Positions 58,511-64,000 of a DNA stretch of 64,000 nt are shown in pieces. Origin of the DNA: an uncultured Dehalococcoidia bacterium (GTDB lineage Bacteria; Chloroflexota; Dehalococcoidia; Lucifugimonadales; JADFKI01); contig CATQHF010000006.1 of NCBI GenBank assembly GCA_958295865.1, forward strand, positions 91,022 through 155,021. The letters run 5' to 3'. The notes beneath the pieces were generated by a model that saw only the letters and a program-made list of their open reading frames with translations, ran no database searches and was not told the origin of the DNA. The number at the start of each line of letters is the position of its first letter. Positions within the stretch are counted from its first letter, which is position 1. Position numbers and translations under genes: made by a program.

Positions 58511-58789
58511 TTTCCACCAGTGGACAGCTTAAAATTGTCGCCGTGAATATAGCATAGCGCGGTCAACTATTGCAACCCAGATGACGCAATCCAAACTATC
58601 AGAAGCGTCCCGTCCCATCTTATTTCGCGCATCCCGCCCTATGGATGTGAGCCGCCGCGTGAGCCGCCGACGCTTTATTGACAGCACAATGGCGCAATGC
58701 TACGATTTGCGCTCAAAGTCGCATGCCGTCAATCGCGCCGTAAAGCGCATGACAAGCCACTCCACGCCCAGAACTGTCGAGTCTTCCGA

Positions 58790-59854
58790 TTGACCTATTC
58801 CACGCCTTCGCAAACAGCCGAAAAGCGCGCTCCCAGCCTGCCCGACATGTTCATTGAGCATCGCGCTGCGATAGGCGCGGAATTGCGCCGCTCTCTCTCC
58901 GGTGACGGCTCGGTTTATGACCTGCTGCGCTATTACATGGGCTGGGTTGACCTGGACGGCAATCCCACCGTCGGCACCGAGGGCAAGTATTTGCGCCCAA
59001 CGCTGTGCCTATTCGCCTGCGACGCTACGGGCGGCGCGCGCGAACAAGCCATGCCCGCCGCCGCCGCGCTGGAACTCATTCATAACTTCTCGCTAATCCA
59101 CGACGATATTCAGGATGAGGATGAGACGCGCCATCACCGCAAGACGCTCTGGGCTATCTGGGGCGTGCCCAAGGCGCTAGTCGCCGGCAATGTGCTGCGA
59201 ACCGTCGCCGATACCGCGCTCGATGACCTGCAATCGGCGGGCGTGCCGCCCCATCGCATTCTGCTCGTGGTCAATCGGCTCACGCAGGCGTATCTGGAGA
59301 TGATCGAGGGGCAGTATCTGGACATCTCGTTCGAGGGACGGCAAGAGGTCGGGCTGAACCAGTATCTTGACATGATTGCGCGCAAGACGGGCGCGCTCAT
59401 ACGCTGCTCGTTCACGATAGGCGCGCTCATCGGCTCGCCCGACGACAGGGTTGCCGCAGCGTTTCTTGAGAGCGGCAAGGCGTTGGGCTTTATATTTCAG
59501 GTACGCGACGACATCCTTGGCGTCTGGGGCGATGAAGCGAGCACCGGCAAGCCTGTCGGCGCTGACATACGGCGCAAGAAGAACTCGTTCCCGGTCGTGT
59601 ACGCTATGGCGCGGGCGCGGGGCAATGACAAGCGCCGTCTGCTCAGCATCTACGATAAAGACGAGCCGAACGATGCCGATGTCGCCGATGCGCTGCACAT
59701 CATGGACAGCGTGAATACGCGGGACTACGCCCACGCGCTCGCCGTCGAACATGGCGAGGCAGCCCTAGATGCGCTTGCCGCCGTCGAGCTGCGAAAGCGG
59801 GCAAGAACCGAGTTTGAAGACCTTATCGATTTCCTGCTGTTCAGGGAACACTAG
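58790..59854 (+). CDS. Polyprenyl (GGPP-type) diphosphate synthase
   Basis: GKYLRP, HDDIQD, GQYLD, KTG, FQVRDD; start uncertain. Confidence 0.9.
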   Translation: MTYSTPSQTAEKRAPSLPDMFIEHRAAIGAELRRSLSGDGSVYDLLRYYMGWVDLDGNPTVGTEGKYLRPTLCLFACDATGGAREQAMPAAAALELIHNFSLIHDDIQDEDETRHHRKTLWAIWGVPKALVAGNVLRTVADTALDDLQSAGVPPHRILLVVNRLTQAYLEMIEGQYLDISFEGRQEVGLNQYLDMIARKTGALIRCSFTIGALIGSPDDRVAAAFLESGKALGFIFQVRDDILGVWGDEASTGKPVGADIRRKKNSFPVVYAMARARGNDKRRLLSIYDKDEPNDADVADALHIMDSVNTRDYAHALAVEHGEAALDALAAVELRKRARTEFEDLIDFLLFREH

Positions 59855-59871
59855 ATCGTGTGGGCATTTGC

Positions 59872-59972
59872 GTTATTCCCATGGAAACGGGAATCCAGAA
59901 CTTCAGAATGTAGTCACTTTCGTATATTTTAGGCTAACCCAAAACACTGGATTCCTGCTTTCGCAGGAATGA
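59872..59972. repeat. Family A REPIN (short, non-nested form)
   Basis: gttattcccatggaaacgggaatcc-spacer-ggattcctgctttcgcaggaatgac. Confidence 0.8.
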
Positions 59973-59997
59973 CGGAATGAAAAGTCGAGAGGTTCCG

Positions 59998-60882
59998 GTG
60001 GCAACCGAATTGGAACTGGCATATAATCACTGCCAGCGCATCGCCAAAGAGAACGCCCGCAACTTCTACTACGCCTTCCGCACGCTGCCTGCCGCCAAGC
60101 GCAACGCAATCTATGCGGTGTACGCCTACTGCCGCATCTGCGACGACATCGCTGACGGCAACCTTTCGCCCGAGGACAAGATCCGCGAGTTTGCGCTTGT
60201 GCGCCAGCGCCTGCATGCGCGGCATCCGTCAGCTCAGGACGCGCCCGTCTTCAGGGCGCTCCACCACGCCGCCGATGCCTATCAGATACCATACGCCCAC
60301 TTCGAGGATATATTGCAGGGCGTCGAGATGGATATGACAAAGAGCAGATTTGCGAGTTTCGGTGAACTTCGTGATTACTGCTACAAGGTGGCTTCGGTCG
60401 TGGGTTTGGTGTGCATCAAAATCTTTGGCTACACCGACCCCAGCGCGGAGAAGTACGCCATAGACATGGGCATCGCCATGCAGCTTACGAACATCCTGCG
60501 CGATGTGAAGGAGGATGCGGAGCGTGACCGCATCTACATTCCGCAGGACGAGATGGCGCGCTTCGGCTGCACCGAGGCGGAGCTTATGCGCGGCGCGCTC
60601 ACCGATTCGTTCAGGGCGCTGATGGCGTATCAGACGGCGCGCGCGCAAACGCACTTCAAGAGCAGCGAGCCGCTGTTCTCCCTCGTCGCCGCCGATGCGC
60701 GCGCATGCCCCAGATTGATGCACACCACCTACAACCGCATCCTCAATCGTATCGAGCAGTCCGGCTTCGATATATTCGAGCGGCGCATTGGGCTGAACGC
60801 AAGCGAAAAGCTGCTGCTCTTGGCGCGGCTCGGAGTGAGCGGCGTGTTATCCGCCTTGCCTCGACTATCCACCAGAAACTGA
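59998..60882 (+). CDS. Phytoene/squalene synthase family protein (CrtB/HpnD-like)
   Basis: YCRICDDIAD, YCYKVASVVG, QLTNILRDVKED. Confidence 0.9.
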   Translation: MATELELAYNHCQRIAKENARNFYYAFRTLPAAKRNAIYAVYAYCRICDDIADGNLSPEDKIREFALVRQRLHARHPSAQDAPVFRALHHAADAYQIPYAHFEDILQGVEMDMTKSRFASFGELRDYCYKVASVVGLVCIKIFGYTDPSAEKYAIDMGIAMQLTNILRDVKEDAERDRIYIPQDEMARFGCTEAELMRGALTDSFRALMAYQTARAQTHFKSSEPLFSLVAADARACPRLMHTTYNRILNRIEQSGFDIFERRIGLNASEKLLLLARLGVSGVLSALPRLSTRN

Positions 60883-60930
60883 ATATCCTATCCATCCCGT
60901 ATATCCATGTGAGTGAAGGTGAGCAAAGCA

Positions 60931-61824
60931 ATGAAGTGCATAATTGACACTGACCCCGGCGCTGACGATGTGCTGGCGCTGATAATGGCGCTTAACGCCG
61001 CGCAAATGGACATTCTTGCCCTGACGACCGTTGAGGGCAACGCAACCTTGGCGCACACGACCGCCAACGCCCTGCGCCTGCTGGAGTATATGGGGCGGAC
61101 GGATATTCCGGTGTATGCGGGCAGCTCAGAGCCGCTGGTTGGGGAGTTCCACCACGCCTACGAAGTGCATGGCGATGAGGGGCTGACTGTGCGGCTGCCG
61201 GATACGGATATGCCGCCCGCGAATGGGGATGCCGTCGATTTCATCATCGAAACTGCGCTGGAAACGCCGGGCGAGGTCACGCTGTTCGCGCTGGGGCCGC
61301 TGACGAATGTGGCGAGGGCGCTTATGAAAGAGGAGCGGCTGAAGGATGCGCTGCGGCGCGTGTATATCATGGGCGGGACCGGCGATTCCGGGGGTAATGT
61401 TACGCCATACGCGGAGTTCAACATCTATGACGACCCGCATGCGGCGAATGCGGTGTTCGGTTCGGGAGCGCCCGTTACGCTGCTGGGGCTGAACATATCT
61501 CACCAGACATCGATTGCGCGGGACGATGAGGTCTGGTTCACGGGGGACGCGCCGGGCGAAAGGCTGGCGGCGCGCATTGTGGAGAACTGGTTCGAGTTGG
61601 GGCAGGCGGAGCAGCGGTTCAGCATGCATGACCCGGTCACGATTATGGCTGCGCTGCGGCCCGATCTGATACGGACGCGGGCGGCGACGCTGAGCGTGGA
61701 AACGGAAGGCGAGCGAGTGGGAGAGATAACGGCGGACTACGATAGCGGGGGCAGCGTGGATGTTGCCGTGGGCGTGGAGAGCGAGGAGGCGCTGTCGTTT
61801 ATGCGCGGGCTGCTGAGGGGGTAG
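60931..61824 (+). CDS. Inosine/uridine-preferring nucleoside hydrolase
   Basis: IDTDPGADD, LGPLTN, AEFNI, MHDP. Confidence 0.92.
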   Translation: MKCIIDTDPGADDVLALIMALNAAQMDILALTTVEGNATLAHTTANALRLLEYMGRTDIPVYAGSSEPLVGEFHHAYEVHGDEGLTVRLPDTDMPPANGDAVDFIIETALETPGEVTLFALGPLTNVARALMKEERLKDALRRVYIMGGTGDSGGNVTPYAEFNIYDDPHAANAVFGSGAPVTLLGLNISHQTSIARDDEVWFTGDAPGERLAARIVENWFELGQAEQRFSMHDPVTIMAALRPDLIRTRAATLSVETEGERVGEITADYDSGGSVDVAVGVESEEALSFMRGLLRG

Positions 61825-61834
61825 CGTCGCAGCA

Positions 61835-62071
61835 TTAACCTTTCAGGATTATGGCGGCGATTAAGCCAATGAGGGCGATTATAATGCCGCCGCCCGCGCC
61901 TAAAATCGCAAAGAACAGCCTGTCAATGCGGTTGGTCAGGTGCGTTTCCACCGCGTTTATGTGCGTTAGCCAGTCGGGAGCGGCAGGCGCGTTTGCCTGC
62001 TGCTGTTGGCGTTTTTGTTCTTGCCTTCGCATTGCCATGGCGATAATTCTTTGACCTGTCGTTGGACGCAT
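61835..62071 (-). CDS. Small coiled-coil protein with C-terminal TM anchor
   Basis: Gln-rich N-terminus, NRIDRL followed by a hydrophobic tail. Confidence 0.55.
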   Translation of the reverse strand: MRPTTGQRIIAMAMRRQEQKRQQQQANAPAAPDWLTHINAVETHLTNRIDRLFFAILGAGGGIIIALIGLIAAIILKG

Positions 62072-62110
62072 CTGAAGGGCAGGCGGTTGCTTGTAGCGAG
62101 TTCGCGGTCA

Positions 62111-62380
62111 TTAACGAGAATTGCGGAGTGGACGCACTTGCCTAGGCGCTTCGTGATTCTCAACACGCTCCCAATTCTCCCACAACTCATCTTCGTGCAT
62201 CCTTGCCCATCTCAGTAATGCGCGCGCTCGCGCCATGGGCAAGTCCCCTCGCGTTATCCGCATCGAGCGTAAATTGAAGGAAGCCCTATACTCGGCAGAA
62301 TGTATGTGAAAGTGAGGCCAAGGATGGTCGTCCCACTGCATGTAAATTGACATACCCATGAATTCGCTAATCTTGGGCAA
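62111..62380 (-). CDS. DUF4160 family protein (DhiT-like toxin candidate)
   Basis: MPKISEF.G..IY...DH..PHFH...GDLP...W...H.DEL.ENW. Confidence 0.85.
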   Translation of the reverse strand: MPKISEFMGMSIYMQWDDHPWPHFHIHSAEYRASFNLRSMRITRGDLPMARARALLRWARMHEDELWENWERVENHEAPRQVRPLRNSR

Positions 62381-62732
62381 TTATGGCAGCTCCCCAATTT
62401 GCTCTCGCCTCGTCTATCGCCTCCCAGAAAGTCGACTCGTCAGGCATTGCGTCAATCTGCTCCCGTGTTATGCCAAGTAGATAGGCATACCCTGTTTCAG
62501 GCGCTATGTCCAATTCCATGTCGCTTCCGGGAGGGCGTCCCCAGCAGACGCAGCCACCTTCCTTGTTGATGTGAACATCCTCGAAGAACTCGCGATTGTT
62601 CCATGCCTTGAATACACCCTTGCCTGCTAAGTGAGACAAGTCGATTTCGCCTTCTACGCCATCCTCGTAACGTGCCCAGATGCGGAATCCGTCTCGTGGC
62701 TCTACGGCTATGGGGTCAACGAATGCAGTCAT
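62367..62732 (-). CDS. DUF2442 family protein (DhiA-like antitoxin candidate)
   Basis: YEDGVEGEIDLS, GKGVF, FFEDV, W...LDIAPE; GGAG RBS before MTAFV. Confidence 0.85.
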   Translation of the reverse strand: MTAFVDPIAVEPRDGFRIWARYEDGVEGEIDLSHLAGKGVFKAWNNREFFEDVHINKEGGCVCWGRPPGSDMELDIAPETGYAYLLGITREQIDAMPDESTFWEAIDEARANWGAAIIAQD

Positions 62733-62901
62733 GGTTAGTCTTAACTCCGATGGGGTATCTTGTAGCGAGTTTGCGGTCATTATAGCATGGGGGTGTGTTG
62801 CGGCGGCGTTTATGCGGGTTGCCGGGGGACTGCGGAGGATAGGACAAGGCTTGCGGTTGGCGCTTGGCAAGCCTTGCCGTTTTCTATTGTGAACCGTATA
62901 G

Positions 62902-64000
62902 CTACTTACGCAAGTTCCAATAGCGGAAGTCTTCGTAACTGCCATTTCGTCCACCGTTATCTACAAGCAGCAGCGCCCCTATGTCCTTCTTACGCACGAC
63001 GAAGCACACATTCGCCGTCTGCGAGCTACCTGGGTCTATATCCTCATAAGGCTTCCACGCTACATCCAGACCGAGACCACAGTAAGCATTGCTGTCAGAG
63101 CGCCACCAATCTTTGTATTCACGGTCGTTCTTCGTGCCGTATGCCTGAATTCTGTCTATGGCTTCGTAGTTGTTGCTTCTTGCGCCGTCATTTTGCACTT
63201 TGATGCGAATTACTATGCGAGAGTAGTCGACACTCAATTTGTCCGCGAATTGCACAAGGTCGTCCGCTTGGCGTCCATGTGTCACTTCTACAATCCTAAG
63301 CGAGAAGTTGTCCAAGTTAGCCAAGTCGCCTTTGTCTCGCAGAGGGAATGGATTATCAGGTGAGCGTCCTATCGGTTCAGGCGTGGGAGTTGGTGTAGGC
63401 TCAGGTGTTGGAGTATCGGTAGGTATTGCCGTGGGACCTGGTGGTGGCGTTGAGGTCGCCGGGGCTGGAGTGACAGTTGGTACCGACGCCTCGTCGGGCA
63501 ATTCATAGAATATCTTGTCAATAAAATCGTCATATAGAACTAGACTGCCGATGTCTGATGATGGGACATTGAAGCAGATATTTCCGCTTAACTCGCCGTC
63601 CTCAAAAATCTCACGTCCATCTTCAAATCTTCCTGGTATTACGCCGCATCCATGCGAAGGATAGGCAATGTTTGAGTCACCTACGACATGCATGCGAAAA
63701 ACAGTAGAGAAACCCTTTGCTTCGGCGCTGGTGTTTCTAACTTTAATTCTAACCATGAAGAACTGATGTCCCGCAGGTGGTAGTTCGTTAAATTGGTTTT
63801 CGTCTAAAACCAATTGAGTGCTATTTTCAACCACATCTATAACCCAAATAGCAAATCCGTCCTCACTGATCAATGTCAGTGGTTGACCGAATGGCACCGG
63901 ATCATGCCTACTCGTCCCCCAGCGTACAGGAGTTGCGGTAGGAATTGGCGTGTTAGTAGGTATAGGCGTCGCAGTTGGTGGTCTAGGTGTTGGCGTGCTT
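62902..64000 (-). CDS. Surface protein with two DUF4352-like Ig domains and Pro/Thr linkers (5' end outside window)
   Basis: Frame open to the right edge; ENQFNELP..G..F.MVRIKVRN and G.ICF.V repeated twice; lower GC than flanks. Confidence 0.7.
   Translation of the reverse strand, partial: STPTPRPPTATPIPTNTPIPTATPVRWGTSRHDPVPFGQPLTLISEDGFAIWVIDVVENSTQLVLDENQFNELPPAGHQFFMVRIKVRNTSAEAKGFSTVFRMHVVGDSNIAYPSHGCGVIPGRFEDGREIFEDGELSGNICFNVPSSDIGSLVLYDDFIDKIFYELPDEASVPTVTPAPATSTPPPGPTAIPTDTPTPEPTPTPTPEPIGRSPDNPFPLRDKGDLANLDNFSLRIVEVTHGRQADDLVQFADKLSVDYSRIVIRIKVQNDGARSNNYEAIDRIQAYGTKNDREYKDWWRSDSNAYCGLGLDVAWKPYEDIDPGSSQTANVCFVVRKKDIGALLLVDNGGRNGSYEDFRYWNLRK

Noticed and set aside
58790-60882. Carotenoid or hopanoid biosynthetic cluster
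   Set aside because: Only the two synthases are present. Without a desaturase or cyclase nearby, the product cannot be assigned.
1-64000. tRNA, rRNA, riboswitch, IS transposase, integrase or prophage
   Set aside because: I recognised none by eye. Covariance-model searches would be needed to exclude small RNAs.

Overview
GC-rich bacterial chromosomal segment. The gene content points to Chloroflexota/Dehalococcoidia, SAR202-like and possibly host- or sponge-associated (inference). Housekeeping blocks: Ni-SOD (sodN/sodX), siroheme-route tetrapyrrole genes (ahbAB-sirC-hemC-cobA/hemD-hemB), gatB, yvcK, secG, ispD-ispF-cysS, nadK-nudF-M20 peptidase, an 11-subunit nuo operon lacking nuoEFG, and polyprenyl plus phytoene/squalene synthases. 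Accessory features: (i) a giant secreted repeat protein with a G14 tract near its start, a phase-variation candidate; (ii) dense intergenic REP/REPIN/MITE-like repeats of several families, including nested REP-in-REP units and heptamer-tailed elements; (iii) three Uma2-type endonuclease genes near EVE, DUF1802 and TatD genes; (iv) a shuffled paralog array of about 7 kb (32.5-39.3 kb) between a NarL-type sensor kinase and an Asp-less response regulator, holding a secreted protein, four small membrane paralogs, two ART-like paralogs, two lipoprotein paralogs and recombination scars; (v) an orphan gene with a LexA-like box between long composite direct repeats; (vi) a DUF2442/DUF4160 pair bracketed by 24-bp direct repeats. 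I recognised no tRNA, rRNA, CRISPR array, integrase or transposase. All family assignments come from motif recognition by eye, not from database searches.
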